A stretch of 64,000 nucleotides of DNA from Ktedonobacterales bacterium. GTDB lineage: Bacteria > Chloroflexota > Ktedonobacteria > Ktedonobacterales > DATBGS01. Under the pieces are notes generated by a model that was not told where the DNA came from, searched no databases, and saw only the letters and a program-made list of their open reading frames with translations. The number at the start of each line of letters is the position of its first letter. The first letter of the stretch is position 1. The position numbers were made by a program, and so were the translations under genes. The stretch is taken from positions 17,657 through 81,656 of the forward strand of contig DATBHW010000007.1 of NCBI GenBank assembly GCA_036557285.1, written 5' to 3'. This document shows positions 36,257 to 45,195 of the stretch, piece after piece.

Positions 36257-36326
36257 GTAAACTCTGTAAACTCTGTAAACTCTTGGACCTGGAATCTCTT
36301 CACAAAAACTGAGAGAGTTTACAGAG
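36257..36326. repeat. GTAAACTCT x3 perfect tandem repeat (36257-36283) plus an inverted 13-bp copy AGAGTTTACAGAG (36314-36326)
   Basis: Read directly. It lies 35-105 nt upstream of the dNK start. On the minus strand the third unit supplies a TTTACG -35-like hexamer (TTTACG-N16-TATTAA). Confidence 0.85.
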
Positions 36327-36439
36327 ACTACAGCACATAACCCAAACCTCGCGAACCTCAGACCGATTGAACAGACGAACAACCATCATCTTTAGTAGCA
36401 CAGAAGCGTTGCTCCCTGGACAGGAGCATTCTTTACAGG

Positions 36440-36479
36440 AAAAGGAGATAGGAAAAACAGCGTTGCTCTCCCTATCTCC
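36440..36479 (-). terminator. Hairpin with U-tract downstream of nrdJ (9-bp stem GGAGATAGG/CCTATCTCC, 18-nt loop, then TTTT on the minus strand)
   Basis: Read directly. It lies about 55 nt after the nrdJ stop. Confidence 0.5.
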
Positions 36480-36531
36480 TCTGAACATCTCTCACCCCTG
36501 GACGCCAGCGTTCACCACAGCAGCGGCTCAG

Positions 36532-39500
36532 CTAACACTCGCTGTACCCACAAGAATAGCACTTCTTGCAGCCCTCTTCGTAGACCAGCGTATTGCAGCC
36601 ACACTGCGGGCAGAGATTGCCCGTCACCCGGTACGACGCCGAAGCGCCTTGCGGCAGAAGCAGGCTGCCGCCGGTCCCATTGGCGACCCCATTAGCCTCG
36701 CTCTCCGACGCTGCGTACTCCTGGGCCGACTCCAGAATGCGCTCTGATGTCCCTGGATCAGCCGTCTGCGGCCCAGCCGCCAGCGCGTGCCCACCAGGCT
36801 GCTCCTCCAGATGGAGTTCCAGCGCGCGGGCGACTGCATCAGGCAGCGAACGAGTCTGGTCCCGGCCAAAGCCCACCGCGCGGCTGCCGCCAATGCCGCG
36901 CAACTGATCGACAATCTCGCGGGCACGTTCGGCGGGCGAAAGCGGGCTGGCGATGCGCAGTTGCAGCGAGATCAGCCGCCCCAGCGCCTCGGCCCAGGCC
37001 GCCACATCGCTCCCCGCATTACCCACATTGATAAAGACCTCCAGCAAACCATCTATATCGCTATTGAGGGTTATATTGACATTGCCCTCCGGCGCGCGCA
37101 CCCGCCGCGTGTAGCCCTGCACTACCGCAGGCCGCCGCTTGATATGCCCCGTCACTCCGCCACCATCGCCATAGATGCGCGCAGGCGTCTCACGCTGCGC
37201 CGCCTCCAGCGTCTCAATCTCCGGCTCGCTTTCAGCCGTCGCGCGTGGAGCCGTCGTCTCGCCTGCCGCCGTCTTCACCTGTCGCGTCTTGTCACCCTCC
37301 TTGACGCCCACATTCAGCACCTGCTCGCCCTTGGAGCCATCGCGGAAGATCGTAATACCCAGGCAGCCCAGGTTCCACGCCAGCAGATACGCCTGCTCCA
37401 CATCCTCCAGCGCAGCACTGTTGGGTAAGTTAATCGTGTTGTGGGAGACAAGGCCGTTCACAACATACTCATGCGCATCCTCAACCTCAATGTCGTAGAG
37501 CGACTTGACCCCCACATCCTCTACCGCCGTCACCCTGAAGACTGGCGTATCGCTTGACCACCCTATCCGCTCAGCCGTGCGATTGTCGCAGTTTTGCGGT
37601 TGACGCTGCCTGATCGAGTTAAACGCTGAGTAGAATGGATGGCTGGTTGGTAATTTGGTTCGGTTGACTACCTCATGATCCAGCAGCACCTGATAGGTAG
37701 CGTAATGCGTCGGGCCATTCTTATGCGGCTCTATGCACTGCACCAACTCCTGCAACTCATTGCTGACTATCACTTTATGGGCCACATTGCCCGAATAGGC
37801 CACTCGCACTTGCTCCTGTCGTACCTGTGGCAAACCAAAGCTCCGACAGAGCTCGGCCACCCCATACGCCAGGCTCCTCGACATACCACCGTAGATATAC
37901 AGGCCATGCTTTGGCCGATAGTAACCGTCAAGCGAGACGCCGCGCAAGAAGGCCAGCTTTTCCTCAGCGTTTCCACTGAGTATCTGCGCAGGAACATGCT
38001 TACCATACGCCCCCTTACCAATCAACCCCTCTATCCAGCGGCACAAGACACGGGAGTTGAGCGTGAGATACTGCACATTACTATTGCGCGCCTCTATGGT
38101 GTGGCGCGGCGTCAATCCAAAGAGATCACCTGCCAGCGCCGTGAACTCGGCTATCACCTCTTCATCGGCGCTGGTCAGCCCCACTGCTCCCGTCTCGACG
38201 GTCGTATGCCCGTCAGATGCCAGCATACCCAGGAACTGCGCCAGTTGCGGGGTCATGCGTTCAGGAAAGGTCACTGGCTTCGCGTTGGTCCGATAGATGC
38301 CTCCAGGTGGCAGCACAACCCCTCCTGGGGCATGCGATGCGGCAAACCGGCCTATGATCAGATCACCCACGCGCAGTTCAGCCAGGCGCTTCCAGCCATC
38401 AGGCGTAGAAACGCGATGGCTTTCTGTCGAGCCAGTCAACTCCACGCCATTATCCAGACGAATGCGCGTGGCTGGCTTCTCACCCGCATAATAGTGAGAA
38501 AGCACGCGATGCCCGCCAACGGTAATCCCATCCTCAGCAATGTTGACGAAGGTATCTGGCTCCTCTACATCCGAGAAGTCTTCAACTGCCATGAGACCCC
38601 TTGACGTTGGGATGAGCGTCCCTGCCGCCAGGCATTTGCTGATAGAGTTGTTTACCCCTCTCTGGAAAGCCGCCTGCATCCTGATATGCCAGTCTGGCGC
38701 AATCTCGTGCGCCGTCACAAAGCGTTGCAGCGCCGGATGTGTCGCCAGCGGATGCCCGTGCATCGTCCCATGCGCCTTGACATACGCCAGAATGCCCTCT
38801 TTATCCGGCAGATCGCTCTCCTCCACCGCTCGCTCGAAGAACGGGTTGACAAAATCCAGCACGCGATACGAGCCATCCGGCTGCTTCACCCGATGCTGGA
38901 AGGCCAGCGCGAAGATCGGCTCGATGCCAGAGGAGCAATCCGCCAGAATGCTGATCGAGCCGGTGGGCGCAACCGTTGTGCGCGTCGAGTTGCGCAGTTC
39001 CGGCCCATCCTTATAGATGCTGCGTGGGAAGTTCGGGAACGCGCCGCGCTCTTCGGCCAGCTTCTGCGACTCTTCGGTAGAGACCCGCTCGATAAAGCGC
39101 ATCACCTCATCACCCAGTTTGATCGCTTCCTCGCTATCGTAGCGGATGTTCAACTCGAAGAGCATCTCCGCCCAGCCCATCACCCCCAGCCCGATGCGCC
39201 GGTTGGCATACACCTTTTCGCGCACCTGCGGCAGCGGGAACGGGTTAATCTCGATCACATCATCCAGAAAGCGCGTGCAAAGGCGGGTCGTCTCATCCAG
39301 CGCCGCGTAATCCACCTTGCCATCTTTGACAAACAGCCCCAGATTGATCGATCCAAGGTTGCAGGCATCGTATGGACCAAGCCACTGCTCACCACATGGA
39401 TTTGTACTCTCCAATAACTCGATTTCTGGTGTCGGGTTCGCTGTCGAGCGATTCGCGCGATCAAGAAACACCAGGCCAGGGTCGCCGGTGGCCCAGGCGG

Positions 39501-41721
39501 CAGAGACAATGCGATCCATCACCTCGCGGGCGCGCAGCCTGCCGACTACCTGCTTCGTATGCGGCGCGATCAGATCATATTCATCGTTTGCCTCCAGCGC
39601 CCGCATAAACTCATCGGTGATCGCCACAGAGATATTGAAGTTGGTAATGCTGCCGTCGCGCTTGCAATCAATGAACTGAAGGATGTCGGGGTGGTCACAG
39701 CGCAAGATACCCATGTTTGCGCCGCGTCGAGTTCCGCCCTGGCGCACAGCTTCGGTTGCTTGATCGAAGATGCGCATAAAGCTCACCGGGCCGGAAGCCA
39801 CGCCATGCGTCGTGGAAACCTTGCTCCCCTGCGGGCGCAAGCGCGAGAAAGAAAACCCTGTATTGTGAATAGCTGTTAAGCCGTTTGTGCCAGCCAGATA
39901 AGTGCTGTGGCCCGCAACCGTGAAATCATAGAATGGTTTGCTCTCACTCGGAGCCTCAATCGCCTCGACAGTCGTTGCGCCGCGCGCCAGATGCTCCAGC
40001 GCCTCAAGGCGAGCCTGATATTGCGCAGCCACTAACGGGCGCAGAGCCGCAGCTACTTGCAGCAGCTTTTCGGTACTAACTCCCAGGCCCTCTTTCCAGC
40101 GGCTCAGCCAGACTTCCGTTTCGCCCAGGCATACCGGCTGGCGATGCATCTCTGTAGTGTTGGTCGTAATCCCAATGCTGCGCAGCATGTCCTCTATGGC
40201 AGAGAATGGGATGGGCAGCCGGGGCGCCGTCGTGTGTTCATGCACCTTCTGCATTGCGGCAAGCCGGGATGACTTCAGCGGGTCGTTGATATATGGCCCT
40301 ATCACTCCCTGCACATCCGCGATGAAAGCTTCTCCCGCCAGCTTGACCTCGTAGACCACCGAACGGCCCTTGCCAGATGGCGCGCGGCTGCGAATAGCCG
40401 GAGCGAAGCCCAGAAGGCTGCACAACGTATGGACCTTGCTCGCCAGGTGGTGCGATTGCGTTGTGAACGTCAAGCGGTCACGGTTTGCCTCGATAGGCCC
40501 ATCTGAATCAACCAGCCCCGCCAGGAACGCGCCAACCACCGTCAGCGGCGATCTAGCGATCATCTCTGGGAAAGGCAGCTCTCCCTTTGGCCCAGGATAC
40601 ACCTCCAGCAGCTTGCAGAACTGCGCAATAAAGGCAGCGTCAGTTGTCGTGAGCGAGTACAGCCCACGAGCGTCTTGCTGCACATGCAGACGCACACGAA
40701 AGCGCCGGGCCAGAATATTGGCAGCATACTCCAGCGAAGCTGGACGACCATCAAAGAGCCGCCAGCGCAGCTTCTCCCGTCGCGGTTCGCTCTCCGGCGC
40801 TTCTGCCCGGCCCAGCGAGCCATCACCGAGGTAATAGCCAAGCAGCCAGGCAATCTCTTCATCCAGGTGGATACCAGCAACCTCTTTATATTCACAATGC
40901 GGCCAGCACTGGCGCACGGAAGCATTGGAAGTGGGGAGGAGATCACCCACACGCAGTTCATCAGCCCGCCGCTCAACAAAGCGCGTCCCATCAAACACCA
41001 TGAAAGGATGCCAGCGGCTCGTTGTCACTTCCAGGCCATTGGCGGCGCGCACGCGCACCTGATCGGCCAGCGGCACATCATAGCGCCACAGATGCGTCAC
41101 TTGCGCGGGTTCATAGGAGCCATTGTCGGGATTGAGCGCCATCGTCTGAACGTTCACATCGCGCACATCTATCGTTGCGTGGTCGCTGAAAACTTCTTCT
41201 TGCTTACCTGTAGCGCGGACACGCTCATAAAGCGTCGCAATCGCCTCAACGCCGCAGAACGTTGTAAAGACATGGGCATCGCCAGCAATACAGCCGCCGC
41301 CGCTCTGATGGATGAGGGCAGCATTCTTGATGCCCTCGAAAATCCCAGGCAGGCTATCCTCGACGGGCACGACATAGCAGGCCGAGAGTTGCAGATTGTT
41401 GCCCTTGCCCGCGTTCATCAGCGTTGGGCTGTTGGGCAGAAAGGTATGCCCGCTCATCAGCTTATAGAAAGCCGTCGCCATCTCCTCAGCCGTGCGGCCA
41501 GATTTGTCTGCCCAGCGGTCTTCGGCGGAGGCAACCGCCTTCGCCACGCGCCAGACCAGTTCATCAGGCGTCTCGGTGGGCTTGCCGTGTTCATCCTTCA
41601 TCACATAGCGTTCGTTCAGCACTCGTACCGCCGCGTCTGACCACGCGCCCTGTTTGCGCCGTGATCCTATCTGCTTAGCCTCCGCCGCTGCGCCAGACTT
41701 CTTTTCCTTCACGCGCTCCAT
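36532..41721 (-). CDS. nrdJ: Class II (adenosylcobalamin-dependent) ribonucleotide reductase interrupted by two inteins; the extein totals about 853 aa
   Basis: 'FLPNSPTLMNAG', 'LSACYV', split 'IHQSGGG|...|TGFSFSRLRP', thiyl-radical loop 'STNPCGEQ', split 'NNSISK|...|TINLPN', and the C-terminal zinc ribbon 'CPQCGC...CKKCYSCGYSEC'. Confidence 0.9.
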   Translation of the reverse strand: MERVKEKKSGAAAEAKQIGSRRKQGAWSDAAVRVLNERYVMKDEHGKPTETPDELVWRVAKAVASAEDRWADKSGRTAEEMATAFYKLMSGHTFLPNSPTLMNAGKGNNLQLSACYVVPVEDSLPGIFEGIKNAALIHQSGGGCIAGDAHVFTTFCGVEAIATLYERVRATGKQEEVFSDHATIDVRDVNVQTMALNPDNGSYEPAQVTHLWRYDVPLADQVRVRAANGLEVTTSRWHPFMVFDGTRFVERRADELRVGDLLPTSNASVRQCWPHCEYKEVAGIHLDEEIAWLLGYYLGDGSLGRAEAPESEPRREKLRWRLFDGRPASLEYAANILARRFRVRLHVQQDARGLYSLTTTDAAFIAQFCKLLEVYPGPKGELPFPEMIARSPLTVVGAFLAGLVDSDGPIEANRDRLTFTTQSHHLASKVHTLCSLLGFAPAIRSRAPSGKGRSVVYEVKLAGEAFIADVQGVIGPYINDPLKSSRLAAMQKVHEHTTAPRLPIPFSAIEDMLRSIGITTNTTEMHRQPVCLGETEVWLSRWKEGLGVSTEKLLQVAAALRPLVAAQYQARLEALEHLARGATTVEAIEAPSESKPFYDFTVAGHSTYLAGTNGLTAIHNTGFSFSRLRPQGSKVSTTHGVASGPVSFMRIFDQATEAVRQGGTRRGANMGILRCDHPDILQFIDCKRDGSITNFNISVAITDEFMRALEANDEYDLIAPHTKQVVGRLRAREVMDRIVSAAWATGDPGLVFLDRANRSTANPTPEIELLESTNPCGEQWLGPYDACNLGSINLGLFVKDGKVDYAALDETTRLCTRFLDDVIEINPFPLPQVREKVYANRRIGLGVMGWAEMLFELNIRYDSEEAIKLGDEVMRFIERVSTEESQKLAEERGAFPNFPRSIYKDGPELRNSTRTTVAPTGSISILADCSSGIEPIFALAFQHRVKQPDGSYRVLDFVNPFFERAVEESDLPDKEGILAYVKAHGTMHGHPLATHPALQRFVTAHEIAPDWHIRMQAAFQRGVNNSISKCLAAGTLIPTSRGLMAVEDFSDVEEPDTFVNIAEDGITVGGHRVLSHYYAGEKPATRIRLDNGVELTGSTESHRVSTPDGWKRLAELRVGDLIIGRFAASHAPGGVVLPPGGIYRTNAKPVTFPERMTPQLAQFLGMLASDGHTTVETGAVGLTSADEEVIAEFTALAGDLFGLTPRHTIEARNSNVQYLTLNSRVLCRWIEGLIGKGAYGKHVPAQILSGNAEEKLAFLRGVSLDGYYRPKHGLYIYGGMSRSLAYGVAELCRSFGLPQVRQEQVRVAYSGNVAHKVIVSNELQELVQCIEPHKNGPTHYATYQVLLDHEVVNRTKLPTSHPFYSAFNSIRQRQPQNCDNRTAERIGWSSDTPVFRVTAVEDVGVKSLYDIEVEDAHEYVVNGLVSHNTINLPNSAALEDVEQAYLLAWNLGCLGITIFRDGSKGEQVLNVGVKEGDKTRQVKTAAGETTAPRATAESEPEIETLEAAQRETPARIYGDGGGVTGHIKRRPAVVQGYTRRVRAPEGNVNITLNSDIDGLLEVFINVGNAGSDVAAWAEALGRLISLQLRIASPLSPAERAREIVDQLRGIGGSRAVGFGRDQTRSLPDAVARALELHLEEQPGGHALAAGPQTADPGTSERILESAQEYAASESEANGVANGTGGSLLLPQGASASYRVTGNLCPQCGCNTLVYEEGCKKCYSCGYSEC
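37438..38634 (-). mobile_element. Intein 2 (aa 1030-1428, 399 aa) with LAGLIDADG homing-endonuclease domain
   Basis: Starts 'CLAAGTLIPT', block B 'TGSTESHRV', motifs 'FLGMLASDGHT' and 'FLRGVSLDGYY', ends 'NGLVSHN' with +1 Thr. Excision restores SISKTINLP. Confidence 0.85.
39862..41292 (-). mobile_element. Intein 1 (aa 144-620, 477 aa) with LAGLIDADG homing-endonuclease domain
   Basis: Starts 'CIAGDAHV', block B 'TTSRWHPF', LAGLIDADG motifs 'LLGYYLGDGSLG' and 'FLAGLVDSDGPI', ends 'GLTAIHN' with +1 Thr. Excision restores GGGTGFSFSRLRP. Confidence 0.85.
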
Positions 41722-41803
41722 ATCCTTTCTAGACTATGGCTGCATGCGCTCACAGCCGAACCCCAAACCTGAACATCTATTCTATTTCATTGCCGCATAG
41801 GCT

Positions 41804-41856
41804 AGTATAACACAATATCTTGATTTTTCAAGAGGCAAAAGTACCATATTTAGTAG
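41804..41856 (-). promoter_or_regulatory. nrdJ promoter TTGAAA-N16-TATACT with two NrdR-box-like 16-mers spaced 31 bp apart
   Basis: On the minus strand, box 1 'AATCAAGATATTGTGT' (41810-41825) fills the -35/-10 spacer exactly. Box 2 'CTACTAAATATGGTAC' (41841-41856) lies upstream of the -35. Both fit the palindromic acaCwAtATaTwGtgt consensus. Confidence 0.6.
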
Positions 41857-42034
41857 TTCGGCAAAAAAAAAGCATTCGCAAATGGCGTGCCAAAAGTCAG
41901 GAGAAAAGACAACCACCTGCCAGGTGAGCGCGAAAAAGGGAGAGCAAGCAGGACGCGCATCTCCTCTCAGCGTGTGGTGTTTGTCGCCAAGGCAGCCAGA
42001 GTGAACCAGAGGAGCGCGCCGCGCCTTCCCCGCT

Positions 42035-42874
42035 TTAACCAGGGAGTGGGTAAGAGCCAGCGTCAGCGGAATATTCATCCGGGCGCTGATTCGCCTCTTC
42101 AGGCAGGGGCAGGCCAAGCGCCGCGCAGGCATCGAGCGAGAGCAATCCCAGGCGCGCGCGGCGCTCCAGGCGTGTGCGCCAGTGCAGCAGCGCCAGCCCA
42201 TCAATCAGGTGAATGCCCTCGTTTCGTGCCCACGCCTGCGCGGCAGGCGTAAAAAAGCTGGTGGTGACAAAATAGCCTTCATAGGCAAGGGCGCGGCGCA
42301 GCGCCCCTGAGAATTGTTGCAGTTCAGGCGACCCAACCGAATGCTGCGGCGCGTAGCGCTTGCACTGAGCCAGCGCCAATCCGCTGCCAGGCGCGCGGCG
42401 GCTCCGTCCTGGGCGGCGCAGCAACAGATCAACGCCGCCATCACCGCTGCGCGGCGTATAGTCCACACGATAGCCCTCTAGCTCGAAGAGTTGGCCGATA
42501 TGGCGCTCAAACGCAACGGGGTCCATCGCCTGCAAACGCTGAAGCGTCCCGCGCTGGTCATAGTAACGCGCCAGATCGGCCCGGCGTGGATGCCGCCAGC
42601 GCGAGCCAGGTGGTGGCAGGTGAAACGTCCAGTAGAAGAACCCACACACGGCCAGCAGGCCCAGCGCCAGGGCGCTTATCAAGAAAGCCGTGACAACCAG
42701 GGGATGACTCTGGAACCAGAACAGCCCTTGCCAGATCAGCCAGGCCATCAGCAAGAATACCAGCGAACCGAGCGCCCCCAGCGCCAGAACTCGCTGCCGC
42801 ATCTGGTTCTGATGGGTAGCTCGCCCCTGGCGTCGGCGCTTCCGCTGGAAGGGAGAAGGCATCGTCCGTGCCAT
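42035..42874 (-). CDS. Membrane-anchored Mrr-like (restriction endonuclease fold) protein
   Basis: An Arg-rich N-terminus and 2 TM helices precede the Mrr_cat-type core 'FERHIGQLFELEGYRVDYTPRSGDGGVDLLLRR...LAQCKRY...VGSPELQQFSGAL...GYFVTTSFFTPAAQAWA'. AAGGAG RBS before the ATG at 42874; the longer ORF would overlap cinA. Confidence 0.7.
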   Translation of the reverse strand: MARTMPSPFQRKRRRQGRATHQNQMRQRVLALGALGSLVFLLMAWLIWQGLFWFQSHPLVVTAFLISALALGLLAVCGFFYWTFHLPPPGSRWRHPRRADLARYYDQRGTLQRLQAMDPVAFERHIGQLFELEGYRVDYTPRSGDGGVDLLLRRPGRSRRAPGSGLALAQCKRYAPQHSVGSPELQQFSGALRRALAYEGYFVTTSFFTPAAQAWARNEGIHLIDGLALLHWRTRLERRARLGLLSLDACAALGLPLPEEANQRPDEYSADAGSYPLPG

Positions 42875-43094
42875 AATAGCATTGCTCCTTCGGCGCCATA
42901 CGCACAATCTGATGGGTAGCACTTCCGCAAGCTTCGTACCAACGACGCCACCAGCAAGCGCCTCTCTTCGTGTTTGCAATGGCGGCTCAGGCAGTGTATG
43001 GTTAGGCCAGAGGTTGTTTCCCCCTCTCCGGGGTTCGTGTTTCGTGTAAGTCGTGTTTCGTGCTTCGTATGTATTTTGGGTTAAGGAAAGTGGC

Positions 43095-44339
43095 ATGCGC
43101 GCTGAAATCCTCTCGATTGGCACCGAACTCTTACTGGGCCATATCACCGATACGAACGCTCCCTACCTTGCCCAGCAGCTTGCCGGGCTGGGCATCGATC
43201 TGTATTTTGTTTCCACCGTTGGCGATAACCAGCAGCGCATCGTCGAGACGCTGCGACGAGCCTGGGGACGCGCCGACCTTATCATCACTACTGGCGGCCT
43301 GGGGCCTACCGAAGACGATCTGACCCGCGAAAGCATCGCGGAACTCCTGGGCGAAGAGATGCGCGTGGTCCCTGCATTGGAGAGCGAACTGCGCGCCTTC
43401 TTTAGCGGGCGCGGCGTCGCCATGCCAGAGCGCAACGTCAAACAGGCCGCGCTCATTTCCTCGGCAACGTCGCTGCTCAATCCGGTGGGTACCGCGCCGG
43501 GCTGGTGGACCGAGCGCGACGATCATATCATCGTCTCCATGCCGGGGGTACCGCACGAGATGATGCGCATGTGGACCCACGAGGCGCTGCCGCTGCTGCG
43601 CCCGCGCACAGGGGCCGTCCTCTTCACGCGCATGCTGCGTGTCGCCGGATTGGGAGAATCAGCCGTCGAGCAGCGTCTGGAAGGGCTGCTGCAAAGCGCC
43701 AACCCCACCATCGCCACCTACGCCAGACGCGACGCGGTAGATGTGCGCGTGACCGCCAAAGCCGCAGCCGAGTCTGAAGCGCAGGCGTTGGTAGCTACAA
43801 TGGAGGCGCAGGCGCGCGAGCGGCTGGGCAGCTACATCTTTGGCATCAACGATGAAACGCTGCAAAGCGTGCTGGGCGGCCTCTTGCTGGACAGAGGCTG
43901 GACGCTGGGCGCGATGGAGTCCTGCACCGGCGGCCTCTTCGCCAGCACGATCACCGATGTGGCCGGTAGTTCGGACTATTTTCGCGGCGGGCTGGTTTCC
44001 TACTCCACCGAGATGAAAGCCGAATGGGGTGTTTCACGTGAAACATTGGCGGCGCATGGGGCCGTTAGCGTCGAAACGGCCAGGGCAATGGCAAGCGCCG
44101 CGCGCGCCCGGCTGGGCGTGGACGTGGGCATCGGCATTACCGGCGTGGCCGGACCCACCGAGCAGGAAGGCAAACCCATCGGCACAGTGCATATCGCCGT
44201 AGAATCGCCCCTGGGCGTGGCGACGGCCAGCCCCAACCTGAGCAGCCGCAGCCGTGTGGAGGTGAAATGGCGCGCCACGCTGGCCGCCTTGAACCTGGCC
44301 CGGCTGCATCTGCTGGGCATCTGGAAACAGGCGAGCTAA
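43095..44339 (+). CDS. cinA: CinA family protein (MoCF-binding domain + nicotinamide-nucleotide amidohydrolase PncC domain)
   Basis: 'MRAEILSIGTELLLGHITDTNAPYLAQ', 'IITTGGLGPTEDD', C-terminal 'ESCTGGLF'. Confidence 0.9.
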   Translation: MRAEILSIGTELLLGHITDTNAPYLAQQLAGLGIDLYFVSTVGDNQQRIVETLRRAWGRADLIITTGGLGPTEDDLTRESIAELLGEEMRVVPALESELRAFFSGRGVAMPERNVKQAALISSATSLLNPVGTAPGWWTERDDHIIVSMPGVPHEMMRMWTHEALPLLRPRTGAVLFTRMLRVAGLGESAVEQRLEGLLQSANPTIATYARRDAVDVRVTAKAAAESEAQALVATMEAQARERLGSYIFGINDETLQSVLGGLLLDRGWTLGAMESCTGGLFASTITDVAGSSDYFRGGLVSYSTEMKAEWGVSRETLAAHGAVSVETARAMASAARARLGVDVGIGITGVAGPTEQEGKPIGTVHIAVESPLGVATASPNLSSRSRVEVKWRATLAALNLARLHLLGIWKQAS

Positions 44340-44363
44340 ACCAAGAGAAAGCTGGACAAGCCT

Positions 44364-45089
44364 ATGATCACCTCGGTTTACGATCAGATTGCTGAGTGGT
44401 ATGACGAGCAGGTACGCACCGGCAGGCTGATTCATGATCTGGTACTCCCAGCATTGTTTACTGTGATTGGCGAAGTTACCGGACAGCATATCTGCGATCT
44501 GGCCTGCGGGCAAGGCGTAGTCGCCCGGCGGCTGGCGCAGGGTGGGGCGAAGGTCGTTGGCATTGATCTTTCAGAGCGGCTCCTCGAAATCGCCCGGAGC
44601 GAAGAAGCGGCTGATCCGCTGCATATCACCTATGCGCAGGACGACGCCCAGCAGTGCCAGACGCTGGCAAAAGCAAGCTTTGATGGCGTGGTCTGTAATA
44701 TGGCGCTAATGGACATCCCTGATCTGGCGGCAACATATCAGGCAGCGCATCGCATTCTGCGCGCGCGGGGCTGGTTCGCCTTTTCCATCACTCATCCATG
44801 TATCCAGATGCCTGACTCGACATGGAGCAAGCGTGACGATGGAACGGTCATCCGCGAGTCTGGGAACTATTTTGCCGAGGGATTCTGGAGGCCACCCCCT
44901 GGGCCTGGCGTGCGTGGGCGTGTCGGCAATCATCATCGCACGCTAAGCGCCTATCTCAACAGTCTGGTACGAGCCGGTTTCCAAATCCAGTCGATCAGCG
45001 AGCCGCGAGCCTCTGGCGATCTGGAACGACGGTTCCCAGGCTATCTTTCACTACCTGCCGCGCTTGTTGTCCACTGCCTGAAAGCCTGA
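44364..45089 (+). CDS. Class I SAM-dependent methyltransferase
   Basis: Motif I 'ICDLACGQGVVARRL...VVGIDLS', then 'FDGVVCNMALMDI'. Confidence 0.8.
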   Translation: MITSVYDQIAEWYDEQVRTGRLIHDLVLPALFTVIGEVTGQHICDLACGQGVVARRLAQGGAKVVGIDLSERLLEIARSEEAADPLHITYAQDDAQQCQTLAKASFDGVVCNMALMDIPDLAATYQAAHRILRARGWFAFSITHPCIQMPDSTWSKRDDGTVIRESGNYFAEGFWRPPPGPGVRGRVGNHHRTLSAYLNSLVRAGFQIQSISEPRASGDLERRFPGYLSLPAALVVHCLKA

Positions 45090-45195
45090 TGAAGCGGGCC
45101 TGCCCTGTGCTATAATCTCAAAGAGTGTGTGTGTCATACCTGCTCAAGCAAGGCCTGAAGAGTCTTGCGCATCTTTAGCTTGAAAGTATAGCTTT

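Noticed and set aside
37675-41640. Several 240-320-aa plus-strand ORFs (37675-38604, 38686-39417, 40675-41640)
   Set aside because: All are antisense to nrdJ and its inteins, and the minus-strand frame is continuous and motif-rich.
41722-41900. Cobalamin riboswitch upstream of the B12-dependent RNR
   Set aside because: The roughly 75-nt predicted leader is too short, and I see no B12-box-like core. The NrdR-box/promoter interpretation explains the conserved-looking sequence better.
42875-43147. N-terminal extensions of listed ORFs (e.g. 42035-43147, 10903-12954, 9347-10258, 55435-55980, 60942-63257, 30749-32326, 13781-15292)
   Set aside because: The internal ATGs have proper Shine-Dalgarno sequences and coincide with the start of the conserved domains. 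The extensions overlap neighbouring genes, promoters or repeat elements.
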